Below, piece after piece: positions 12,552 through 24,372 of a stretch of 64,000 nucleotides of DNA. The position numbers and the translations under genes were made by a program. Below the pieces are notes generated by a model. The model saw only the letters and a list, made by a program, of their open reading frames with translations. It was not told where the DNA came from and searched no databases. This DNA is from Eledone cirrhosa (lineage: Eukaryota). The DNA lies in assembly GCA_964016885.1 (NCBI GenBank), contig OZ024743.1:146940001-147004000 (forward strand). The letters are read 5' to 3'. Every line of letters begins with the position of its first letter. The first letter of the stretch is position 1.

Positions 12552-13399
12552 TCCGCAAGTGTGCGTAAGTTTACTTAAGTGTTTAAAGAGTAGATTGACG
12601 TTTAAATCAAATTTTTAACCAAAATCAACAAAAGGAACTAAAAACAATCCACTTTTCGTTTTAATAAATTTATCTGTAAAACTTCTACACAAATTTATAT
12701 TTTTTAAATATAATTCTAAGTGAGTGTGTAAAAGGAGAGAATATAAGTGCCAGCCTATATGTGGCGTGTATGTGTGTGTGGTGAGATTGCTCAAGATTGC
12801 AATATTAACTCAGAGATTTCACTAAGTTTCTTCGTGACGACTATTCAAGTTTAACAACATCACTGTAAATATCTAAAACGCTAACTAAATTGTTGGGGAA
12901 AAAAAAGCGACATATCAGAGTACTAAATTAAAGGATGGAAATGAAGGGTTATACAGTTCGAAGATTAGATAAACAGGTAGTAACTAGAGTAATATAATTT
13001 GTAACTATATCAAAGAAGGATAATACGGAACACTAGATACAATGTTCACCGTTGTAACAACAAATAACGTAAGGTCAATTGGTATTAATTTGAAAGTTTC
13101 TTAGTAGGTAGTATGTTACGTATATATAGACAGATATTATTGCGAGTATCACATCAGTGCACATCATTGCTTGTTGGATCTTCACAGTTGTGACGCTACT
13201 TACGATTAGCATGTGTTGACAACATTAGTTGTGAATCGATTTCATGCAACATCCAGTTATCGAATTTATCCAGTGTGAGTCTCGTCAGTAAAGGAGCCTT
13301 ACAATTCTGTAACCAAATCTGATTCTGAGGCTATTTCCACTGGCTCTGATCTAGTTAAATCAAATACACCATTGTAATTGTACCACAAATCTTTGTTTT

Positions 13400-14990
13400 T
13401 CTCTGATAATCTTTCACAAATACTGTGAAAAGTTTGATTACCCTTCCTCAATGAATGCTCTTTGTGACAAGTTTTTTTTAATTCCTTAAACAAAACACTC
13501 TGTCTCACCTGGATGTAAAACAAAACAGGTGACGTGAAATGGTGAACATCTCATTGATTGGAATATTGTTTGAATTTAGATTAAGTAAATTGAATTCTGT
13601 TATCGAATACTATAGTTTAGGGCAGTCCTTCAATGGCGAAACCTTTCCTGGCTATCGTCAGTATTCCATTAGTAGGTGTTGATGTCGTCGATACAACATG
13701 TGGATATCATACGACTGAATCAATAACAATAAGCCACATTTTATGGTAAGATGATCCAGTGTAGTCGATATTTTTATCAACTGTAATAACAATTGATTGA
13801 CATGATGAACATGATTTTACCATCATAGATTGTATTTTCAACCAGCAGTAGTAGCATTCGAGCTATGTTCCAATGACTTCATATAGGTGAGTAAAAATGT
13901 ATTTTAAGAAGATTTGACAGCAAAATGAATAAATTCCTGTGATAAATTTGCATCACATTTTCCCCAATATTCTTAGATGTTTGCCTTCAATATTTAATTT
14001 TTCTGGCCAATCCCTATTGATGAATTCTTTAATTCCAATAATATGATATCAGAATTCGTAGGTAGTACCCGTTTCTTTATAGGTAAACGGCATTCGACAA
14101 AGACTTTCATAAATGTATTGATATTATTTCGAATCCAGATAGAATATGCTTTTTATGACGTTTTGTCAAAATCCTAACCAGACCTGATCGACAGTTTTAA
14201 TAAAGGATCAGCGTTTTATGTTGCTTCGATGCATTATATCGTATTATAGATTTTTATGAAGCCAATAAATCGCCCATTGCTGCAGTCGGTGAGACGTAAG
14301 TATCGGTATATTTTCATCCTGTTGGAATATGAATATTAATGGATTGTGGAACGTGATTATTTTCAAAGTGTTGTTTGTATACGAATTGGTTGAATTTATA
14401 AAACTGGATATGATAAATATTTCTTCTTATTGCAAATACCACCGTTGATATGCATTCAATGTACTTGATACGTATAACAAAATCATTCCAACATCAAAAA
14501 GAGACATATCTGCTGCTAAAATTAGTGGTAAAATTTCATTCCAATGTATGAGCGTTGTGACTTTAATTATTTGCTGTAACACAACACATTTTCCTGATAA
14601 TCATTTGAACATTTGAATGACACTCCCTTTTTGTTAAATTACATATAGGTGCAGTAAATTTGGCATGTTCTTAATGAATGTGCAACAGTATCTGAGTTTA
14701 GAAAAAAAGGCTAATACCTCAATCCCACTTTTGGAATTGGTAATGTTTAAATAGCATCAGTATTGTTACCTGATAATCTTTTTCGAGATGAATTAATGGT
14801 ATATTGCCGGCTGTATATTGACTGGCTTGGACAAATTAGCAAATGAAATTTTCCAGTAGATGGTTTATATGCAAAATTTTATAGGCTATAGCTTATTCTT
14901 AATTCAGTTCTGGGCAACTAAACAGCACTGATGATGTATAAGAATTCCTGAAACGTTAGTGCCTGGATACTGAGATAGTTGCGATATGAT
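13400..14990 (-). pseudogene. Heavily decayed Gypsy pol (RNase H plus integrase core)
   Basis: Hand translation gives ILPLILAADMSLFDVGMIL (RNase H DAS motif), NADPLLKL, IDYTGSSYHKMWLIVIDS and FAIEGLP*TIVFDN (integrase), with many stops. Confidence 0.8.
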
Positions 14991-15189
14991 CACAGTTTAA
15001 AACACGGATAGTAAGATACATATATGTTGATTATATATGAATATATCGTATATGTCTTCAAATACATTTTTATTATGAAATCTGCAATGACAGTGTTCCC
15101 GCTGATGCACACACATACATAAACATACATATAATTTACCCCAAGAGAAGTAATATCGCAACTAAAATGCAAAAAGGTTACTGAGAAAG

Positions 15190-16506
15190 GAAAAGGACAA
15201 GGCAGGGAATTTAAGGAGAGGGATGACGATTGATGTTTCTCTTGAATTTTTACAAATTGTAGTGGTTAGGAAAGCAGGAAGCCGGAAGAGAATTCCATGG
15301 GCGTGATGTGAGAGCAAAGAAACTATTAGAATAGAATTTGCGATTGCATCTAGGAACTTCAACTGTAAATGGATGAGACCTACCCCACTAATCTGGTGTT
15401 CTGTTTAAACTCTTGAATACGAAGCAACAAGATGTATTTAAGGCAACAGCTCTAGCTTCAATAGATCTATCTAAAGCCCTGCAGGTTCTCTCAGCAATAA
15501 CTGTTAGTACATCAGTAGTTGATTATGAAAAACGAAAGCCATATTATCTATCTAAAATAAGACCTTACGAATTCAGAATTTATTAAATCATCAAATACTG
15601 CCAAAAAGAGGCAGAAAACTATTAGGGCGATTATTAGAAGTCTCGGATGGTTCTCTAGAATGTTATAAACTAGAACAACAGAAGAGGGTTTCCAACGTGA
15701 GGGAAAGCAAGTATCAGCAAGGCAATTGTAAATTTAGATAAAACAATAGCTGGTTCAGGAGAACAATTCCGCAATACCATGCTTTATGGAGATCAAGATT
15801 TGAGATGACATCATGGAGAGAGGGATATGCATATTGCACAGTAAATTATCAGTTCTACGTGGAAAGTTACGTACAAATGTTCCAGATGAATCACGAATAT
15901 AATTAGAAGATAATTTCTGCGCGAAACGTTCAGGATTTTCAGTAGAAGATTTTAATACTCCTAATTGATTAAAAGAAAAGGAAGAATCGAAGACGCACCC
16001 CTATTCAACACTCTGTCACATAACAACGAGAGCCAAACATTTGATAAGCAATACGGTCTCTTTCTGTCGGCAATCAAAGTTGTGGCTTCATTCAGGACAT
16101 GCTTTCACTTGTTCCGAGCAGTCACAAAAAGCTTCCGCAATGGCTGGGCGGTCGCATTGATATTGCCGGAAAAGGTGATTTCTGTGGATAATAGCAGAAG
16201 TTTCATATTGTACTTGCGTGATGGCGCAAAAGCATCAATATCAGCTTTCACCCAAGAAGAAACCTGGGTGACACAAATTTTAGTGCGAGGATTAAAGATA
16301 TCATTCCAGGGAAAATCATGGAATGAAACTCAGTGATAGAAGACTCGAGAGAAATATCGATCGACGCCACAACATGATCAGAATTGCCAAGAGGGCTGTG
16401 TTGTGGGGCTTGAAAAAGGGGAGATGAAGGGGTAAGAAACAAATCAAGAACTGATGCAAGTTAATCCAAAGGATCGGAAAAGCGAGTAAGAAAACTGACA
16501 ATTTGC
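15190..16506 (-). pseudogene. Decayed CR1/L2-like LINE (endonuclease end and linker)
   Basis: SPLGNSDHVVASIDIS (APE SDH motif), FPWND-like linker, fragmented frames. Confidence 0.65.
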
Positions 16507-16509
16507 GTG

Positions 16510-16569
<60 letters not shown>

Positions 16570-16635
16570 TCATGTGTATATATATATAAGTATGTATTTA
16601 AATATATATTTATATACACATATATTTATATATAC

Positions 16636-16701
<66 letters not shown>

Positions 16702-16797
16702 GTATATATATATATATATATATAAATATACATATGTATATATCCTAATACCAAAAACTTTTCATAACTGTACCCCTTGTCATTGTTTTTTTATTTT

Positions 16798-16865
<68 letters not shown>

Positions 16866-16869
<4 letters not shown>

Positions 16870-17026
16870 TAGGGTGTGGTAAAAACCAGCTAAACCATAA
16901 CCCACACGAGTACTCGATACTTGGGGTAGTAGAGTGGGTAATATGAAAAGATTCAGGACCTCCATGTGTGAGCTCCGGCCGTTTCGGATCTAACGACCGG
17001 AGCTCAGCCGTCGGGGTCCTTAATCT

Positions 17027-17030
<4 letters not shown>
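16866..17030. mobile_element. Short fold-back element family 4, copy 1
   Basis: Inverted arms 16943-16982 / 16997-17032 plus a one-sided ~75 nt tail; between (TA)n tracts; homologous to 17585. Confidence 0.75.
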
Positions 17031-17070
<40 letters not shown>

Positions 17071-17075
<5 letters not shown>

Positions 17076-17524
17076 GAAGTTATATTTAATTTGTTGGGAT
17101 ACAACAAGCAAATATTTTTATAACTGATATAAAGCACTCAACAAATTATTGGAGTAAAAATACGATATTAACAAATGGAAACTATATTTATAAAACCATA
17201 TTTATTTCATTATACATATTTCAAGGACACCAAGTGAAATTATGGTGTGCTTTCATCAGATAAAATATAATATAGAGCAGTTTTATAAATAAATATTGAA
17301 TTCACATACCCTTAAAGAATGCGAACATTTCTGTTGGAAGCTCCCGGGAGCTTCCAACAGTAATGGTTGCATTCTTTAAGGGTATGTCAATATTTATTTA
17401 TAAAACTGATCTATATTATATTTTATCTGATGAAAGCGCACCATAATTTGACTTGGTGTCCTTGAAATATGTATAATGAAATAAATATGGTTTTATAAGT
17501 ATAGTTTCTATTTGTTAATATATC

Positions 17525-17527
<3 letters not shown>
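17071..17527. mobile_element. Hammerhead-bearing fold-back element family 1, copy A
   Basis: Arms meet at the perfect palindrome ctgttggaagctcccgggagcttccaacag; left arm has an extra ~90 nt tail; hammerheads at 17204-17266 (-) and 17420-17482 (+). Confidence 0.88.
17420..17482 (+). ncRNA. Minimal type-I hammerhead ribozyme (family 1, representative)
   Basis: ATTTTAT CTGATGA AAGCGCACCA-loop-TGGTGTCCTT GAAA TATGTA TA ATGAAAT; predicted AUA cleavage after 17475. Confidence 0.78.
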
Positions 17528-17584
<57 letters not shown>

Positions 17585-17586
<2 letters not shown>

Positions 17587-17765
17587 CGAAGGAAATGTGG
17601 TAAGGAACCAGGTGGACCATAACGCACCAAAGTACTCAATACTTGAGGTAGTAGAGTGGGTAATAGGAACCAGTAAGACCCCGACAGCTGAGCTCAAGCC
17701 GTTTCGACGGCTCCAGAATTAGCCGTCGAAACGGCTTGAGCTCAGCTGTCGGGGTCTTACTGGTT

Positions 17766-17768
<3 letters not shown>
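17585..17768. mobile_element. Short fold-back element family 4, copy 2
   Basis: Perfect ~49 bp inverted arms around ccagaatt plus a one-sided tail; contains CGAAACGGC, possibly the 3' half of a hammerhead. Confidence 0.78.
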
Positions 17769-17808
<40 letters not shown>

Positions 17809-18640
17809 TATAAGGATAAATAACAAGGATTCAGTGCTGCATCATAACATATTTAATAACATAATACATGTTTCCCCAACGATCAGCTCGAGGCAAGACC
17901 TATTATAGATCGAACCTGACTATGTAATCGAAAGGTCATCAGATATGCTTAGTATATGAATTCGTCTTCGATTCAGTGTGTTCAAATCTCTAACTATTAG
18001 CTATCTATAGCACACATTAGCATCATGTTATTCTCTGCCCCTTCATTGGGTCAATTATCCCATCATCATCGTCAGTCTATCCACGAGGTAACGGCTGTCT
18101 GTCCTCCGGTCAAGCTGTCGTATGCATTCAGGCATGGGAGGCCGTTGGCCTGCCATTTACTGCTATATATATATATAATTGGAGGCTTAGTAAAATCGAA
18201 TCTTTGGCGGTGTGCAAGCAAATTCGACCTACGATATGAATGAGTTAGCAAAGCACTCGACAAGATAGGTCCTCAGAATAATAACATACGTTTAAATAGC
18301 TTGACAAATTGAACATTGTGGTAGGCAAAATCTAACACACAATACCAAAGTAACGAAAGACCTAACAGGTTGAAAAAAAAAAAATATATATATTTATATA
18401 AAATTATATGCTTGAAGAACAGTCAGACAAAATATATCCAATTTTTCTTCTCCTTAGTCGGCAGAAACTAACTAGATAAATAATCATTTAAACGGAGCTA
18501 TGTTTAAAACGTAACTTTGAAGAAATAACAGATAAATGTCACAGACTATCTATCCTCTGTGAGGAACAGTCAGATAAAATTTACCTAGTCTTTCCTCTTA
18601 GCCTGTACAAATTAACTAGACAAATAATCAATATATATAT

Positions 18641-18986
18641 GGAGGCACATGGCTTAGTGGTTAGAGCATTGGCCTTGCAATCGAAAGGTTGTGAGTTCAA
18701 TTCTCAGACCGGGCGATGTGTTGTTTCCTTGAGCAAGACACTTTGTTTCACATTGCTCCAGTTTACTCAGCTGTAGAAATGAGATGATAGGGACTGGGGT
18801 CCATATCATTCCACTGTAAAGTGGACGTGGAGGTGCCACGGCAAAAAAGCACCCAGCACTCACTGTAAATGAGGTTGGTGTTAGGAAGGGCATCCAGCTG
18901 TAGAAATCAAGCCAGCATCAGTTCCCGTCCCACCCTTGCAAGCAGGGAAAAAAAGCGGACGTAAAATGAAATGATGATGATGATGA
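18641..18986 (+). mobile_element. tRNA-derived SINE family B with RTE-type tail
   Basis: A box TGGCTTAGTGG, B box GAGTTCAATTC; last ~55 nt nearly identical to the RTE 3' end at 3742-3792. Confidence 0.88.
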
Positions 18987-19355
18987 ATGATATATAACTC
19001 CACTATCAAGATGTACATTTGTACATTTTTATACTACCTGAAAAGGAGGCCATAGGTTTAGCGTAATGTTAATGGAGGTTTTGTATTTTGTTATTCCTAG
19101 TTTCTAATCAGATTTCTGTGTCTAAAACAGATAGTCTGTCGTTGGGGTGTTTGGTTGGGTAGCCCCTGTGCAGTGTACTAGCCAGAGATTTCCACTAGTA
19201 TCCTTTACCCGTCACATTTGGGCCTGTTCCTGGTTGTTTATTTTGTGAGGAAGTAAATGCTAAGCTAATGGACTACCACACTGATGGTTTGTTTAAAATG
19301 ATGAAGGTACTTTTTGTAATCAATTCGGATCGAGAACGAGGCGTTCAGCTACTAA

Positions 19356-19570
19356 ATAATGATTTCTAGTATAGGCACAAGGCCAGTAATTTAGCGGGGG
19401 ACGGGGTCGATTAAATCGATCCCAGTACGTTACTGGTGCTTTATTTTATCGACCTCGTAAGGATGAAAGGCAAAGTTAACCTCGGCGGGATTTGAACTCA
19501 GACCGTAACGGAACGTAACTATATGCTGCAAAGCATGTTGTCCGATACACTATCAATAGTACAAATCCTC
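19356..19570 (-). mobile_element. SINE family A
   Basis: Reverse complement homolog of 22654-22838. Confidence 0.85.
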
Positions 19571-19756
19571 AATAATAATAATTATAATAATAATTATAAT
19601 AACAATAGTACTGATAATATAGGAGGGGTAACATTATTAAAATTCTGAAATACACAGTCGCTTGCTCACGTAAACATACGTACACGTGGACACACACATA
19701 CATACACACATGTATGTACATACATAAATCAACACACCCATGTATGCATTAGTAAG

Positions 19757-19945
19757 TAATTGTTTCTACTTTTGGCGCAAGGCCAACAATTACTCTAGTA
19801 CATTACTGGTACTTTATTTTATCGCCCCCATAAGGATGAAAGGCAAAGTTAACCTCGGTGGGATTTGAACTCAGTCCGCAAAGGGACGTAACTCTATGCT
19901 GGAAAGCATGGCGTCCGACTCTCTACCGATACTGTCAATCCACCG
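19757..19945 (-). mobile_element. SINE family A
   Basis: Reverse complement homolog of 22654-22838. Confidence 0.85.
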
Positions 19946-20342
19946 AGACATAAGCACTACCTGATACTGACATACGTAAAAAAGACTATTACATGGAATT
20001 AATAAGTTATTTATAAGTAATTGTTAATAACAAAATGCAATAAATATAAACATGAGAAAGTACATAGAAAATAAAATATATAAATGTAAAGGAATAAATA
20101 TAAAAAAGATAAAGTTAGTCGGACAATTAGTGGACGCTAAGAGTTTACAATATATGGAAGTCACAATGTTGAGTAAGTGAAGGATGACATGTAAACACTG
20201 CTTCTCGGTATACAATAGATTTATAGGGTACTGGTTACCTTGATATGGTGTGGAATATAAGGCATTAGATTTTTCGGGTAAGATTAAGCACTACTATCGT
20301 CACTATCCTAGTATAGCAGCAACGGTAGATATGCCATACATG

Positions 20343-20498
20343 CGGTGAATTGGCAGAGTCGTTAGAACGTCGGGTAGAATGCTTTATGGTATTCGTTCCG
20401 GCTCTCTACTCTCTGAGTTCAAATCCCATCGAGGTCAACTTTGCCTTTCAACCTTTCGAGGTCGATAAAAAAGTAGACTGCTAATAGTGGGGTCGATT
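20343..20498 (+). mobile_element. SINE family A, older subfamily
   Basis: ctgagttcaaatccc...gaggtcaactttgcctttca...ggtcgataaaa core. Confidence 0.8.
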
Positions 20499-21384
20499 CT
20501 TCCTCTATATTCTTTTTCATTTCCTCTTTCTCTGGAAGAAAAAATCCGCTGTACTCAGGCCTGGCGAAGGATGGGCTTCGCTCGCCCGGCTTAAAATGCC
20601 CAAGAAACGCCGTATGTCACTACGGCGTCCCTACGACTCTAGCAGGAAATACGGGGCCATACAGATACATTGATATGTCATGGAAGTGTGTACAAAAATA
20701 AGCACGTTGGTTTAGCTGAACTCAATATATATCTTAGTTTATTTACCAGTGGTCTACCTTTCCGATGGGACGAGAAAAGGATTATACGGTGGGATCCCCC
20801 GGGAGTGGTGGTGAGTGTTGATGTTTCAAGTTTCATTAGTGAATATTGTCGCAGAGTTACGCCCGAAATTGCGATCTTTGCTGGAAGACGAGTTGATTTA
20901 CGCTGGTTTGTTCCTCAATCTTCCAGCCAAAAATGAAAGTTTGTCTTTCTAATAATAGTTCGCTTAGAGGTGTTCAACATATATGAAGACGCATTCGGTT
21001 TACTCTTGGGATATCGAGAGGGTTGCCGATAGAGTAAAGGTCTCATTCCCTTCTTACATCATTAAGCCCTCAACAGTTAAGTAGCTATTTTCTTTTGTAT
21101 ATAATGTTGACCAACCGGACTGTGTATGTATCACTCCAATCAGATAACGATGATGCAACTAGATTCAAGCACTCAACGACATGAGTATCCTTCCAAATAC
21201 GATTTGATAGTCCATGACGGAGTATACATGACAGAGTATATATATATATATGTATTGTGGTAGAAGACTGGGAGGTTATATCCATAGTAGTAGATCACTC
21301 AGTCCATGGGGCGAGTTCGGTAGAAGTTAGTTCCCCAACAGTTAACATACAGATGTGTCCTCGAAAATGATTAATTAACTATTG

Positions 21385-21765
21385 TGGAACTGACTTAATA
21401 AATAATATAGTGTATAAATGTATAATTACCACTAAGGACTCTAATCGATCCTATATTGGATCCACATCTAATCCGTTTAAATCGAGATTTTATGCACACA
21501 CCCACAGTTTTCGAAACACAAGATTAGCTAATACCACTTCTTTAGCAGAAGGAGTTAATCATTGTAAAAAGAAGAAAATTAATTATAACCTAACTTGGAA
21601 GATTCTCAAAAGAGCCATTTCTTATTAGGCCAATAGAAAGGAGTGTGGACTATGTTCCCAAGAAATTTTTGAAATTACTAAATCGAAAGACATTCTATTA
21701 AATAAAGGCAGAATTAATTATCGCATGTAACCATAGAATTAGAAAGGCATTCAAGTATTATAAAT
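21385..21765 (+). pseudogene. GIY-YIG endonuclease fragment of a PLE
   Basis: IVYKCIIT...SYIGSTSNPFKSRFYAHTHSF...WKILK...CGLCSQE; one internal stop. Confidence 0.85.
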
Positions 21766-22423
21766 AGAACTAAACAAATAAAGAAAAAATATAAAAGAAA
21801 AAAAAATATATATATATATATACGTGTATGTATATATATTTTTTGCTATTAGAATTACTCCATAAATTCAATCCTATATTTCATCCCTATAACTGTTTTA
21901 AATAATTAACTATTAATGAGCACTATATATTACATTATATTCAACACTCTAATAAAACTTTAACAGACATGCATTTAAACCTATTAAGAAAACCAGATTA
22001 TTAATGAAATTTCTTATTCGAAAATAAAATTGCCTACAGGTAAAACTTCACTCTGACCACTCTAATACAATACAATACTTACACAAATTGTATTATTTTA
22101 TTACCTATATATTTTTTTATCTTCTTTTTACTTTGCTTTGGTTCCATCTATATTCCTCTACTTGTTCTATTTTTAGAACAAATTATTCCCCTTGAACAAA
22201 GAAATAACAAATATTTAGGATTGTTATATACTATTCTACTGGATATAACACACTGATATCTGCACCCCTTTTCCTCCAGCTTTACTCTTCCTTGACTGTC
22301 CACACTTTTCTGAAATTTCTATACAATCTGTCTAAATTCCTTTACACTTGCAACTTTCTTTTCTTAAAGGTCATTCGATACCTCATCCCCTGACTGCTAA
22401 TTTATTCATCTACTACTACCAGC

Positions 22424-22648
22424 TTAATGATCTATATTGCCCCTTCCTATTTTTACTATTGGTCAATCTCAGCCTTGTTCTTAAAAGGTTACTTATTCAT
22501 ACATGTTTTTATATTCTTCAATAAACAAAACTCATTAATGATCTATATTGCCCCTTCCTATTTTTACTATTGGTCAATCTCAACCTTGTTCTTAAAAGGT
22601 TACTTATTCATACATGTTTTTATATTCTTCAATAAACAAAACTCATTA
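22424..22648. repeat. 111 bp tandem duplication
   Basis: Two near-identical copies starting at 22424 and 22535. Confidence 0.9.
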
Positions 22649-22653
22649 TTTTG

Positions 22654-22838
22654 GTGGATTGGCAGTATCGGTAGAGGGTCGGACGACATGCTTTCCAGCA
22701 TAGTTACGTCCCTTTACGATCTGAGTTCAAATCCCGCCGAGGTTGACTCTGCCTTTCATCCTTACGGGGTCGATAAAATAAAGTACCAGTAATGCACTGG
22801 ATAATTGCTGGCCTTGTGCCTAAAGTAGAAACAATTAT
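22654..22838 (+). mobile_element. SINE family A (tRNA-like head, Nin-like core)
   Basis: B box GAGTTCAAATC; core GTTGACTCTGCCTTTCATCCTTACGGGGTCGATAAAATAAAGTACC; ends AGTAGAAACAATTATT; at least 8 copies in the window. Confidence 0.88.
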
Positions 22839-23075
22839 TTCTGAAGACGGCGGGTAGGGAAGACGTATGTATATTTTCTTACTTTGATAATTTGTAATAT
22901 ATTTTATATAGATCACTAATAGAATGAACATACGGAGAACTACACCCCAGAAACGATCGTAAAATAATGAATTTTATTATGAATTACCCGTATTTTGTTT
23001 AATTTCATTGTTTTCACTATTTGTATTATATATATATATGTATATGTCTGTGTGTGTGTATGTATGTGTGTGTGC

Positions 23076-23122
<47 letters not shown>

Positions 23123-23126
<4 letters not shown>

Positions 23127-23202
23127 GGAAAATTTGAACAGGAACAAAACAGAGAGGCAGTACAACGAATGTTTATTAATTTCACGCTCTGGAGAGTGGG
23201 GT

Positions 23203-23237
<35 letters not shown>

Positions 23238-23480
23238 AAAAATTGAACGGGAACAAAACAGAGAGGCAGTACGAACAAAGGTTTATTGGTTTCACGCTCT
23301 TGAGAGTGAGGTGGTGGTATTTATATAAATGTCTTTTCTGTATCCATCCTTTGTGATCCTGTCTCTATTTTTATACTGAAGAAGGGCTAAAGCCCGATAC
23401 GGCGAACTTTCTTTCCCCTTTTCCATATAAAGCGTGAAACTAATAAAACTTTTTCTACATCTGTTGTTGTTTCCTTTGAC
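23123..23480. mobile_element. PLE-like terminal fragments (two minus-strand arms, one plus-strand arm) with a degenerate hammerhead
   Basis: 23123-23205 repeats at 23236-23320; inverted similarity to 23431-23455; CTGAAGA AGGGC-TAAA-GCCC GATA at 23376-23399. Confidence 0.6.
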
Positions 23481-23572
23481 TATATATATATATAATCACT
23501 GTAATTCTTTTATCACATAAATCCTAATATATATATTGTATTATATGTATCATTTATCATTATTTATCATAC

Positions 23573-23760
23573 GGTGAATTGGCAGTATCGGTAGAGGGTT
23601 GGACGCCATGCTTTCTAGCATAGTTACGTCCCTTTACAGTCTGAGTTCAAATCCCGCCGAGGTTAACTTTGCCTTTCATCCTTACAGGGGTCGATAAAAT
23701 AAAGTACCAGTAATGTACTAGTTAATTGCTGGCCTTGTGCCTAAAGAAGAAACAATTATT
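23573..23760 (+). mobile_element. SINE family A with TSD
   Basis: Full copy flanked by attatttatcatac. Confidence 0.88.
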
Positions 23761-24281
23761 ATTTATCATACAGTTTATATTTTGTGGTTTTTAATTTTCA
23801 TGAAGCTATTATCATTTTATCATTGCTCTATGTATTTTCTGTTGTAAATGTTATTTTATGTTTTGCTTTTGTTTTACTATATCTTTAATTTCTTCTCTGT
23901 ATTTAACACTTCGATCATTGCTTTTCTTTTCCTGATATACACACTCACTCATCATCATAATACTTTTTTCAAACTCGTTTGTTAACAAAAACAACAACTG
24001 CAACAACAACAACAATAATGATTTCTAATGACAATAATAAGTACTCCTTTTGTTATATCTCAATGATTTTTTTTTAAATTTCTTAATTCTTAATCATTGA
24101 TTCTTATTATTCAAAGATAAAAATATTGTTAGATTTATCACGAAACGTTTAAATTCAAATTTGAAATTTCATATCCTCCAAATATATTGACATAGACATA
24201 AATGCAGACAGACAAATATAGATAAGCTGACACATATCTAGACACAGTTCTATCTATCTAGCTAGCTAGCTACCCCCCATC

Positions 24282-24366
<85 letters not shown>

Positions 24367-24372
<6 letters not shown>

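Noticed and set aside
12102-12618. Long YI/HT/VC-rich ORFs here and at 4091, 8813, 16507, 34891-36341, 51010 and 57070
   Set aside because: Stop-free translations of (TA)n, (CA)n and (TATG)n microsatellites
18641-18715. tRNA gene
   Set aside because: A and B boxes belong to a SINE head; no complete cloverleaf
20545-20670. GC-rich hairpin cluster (acgccgta-tgtcac-tacggcgt)
   Set aside because: No known RNA motif matched; likely a retroelement 3' end with an ATAC-like tail, single copy in this window
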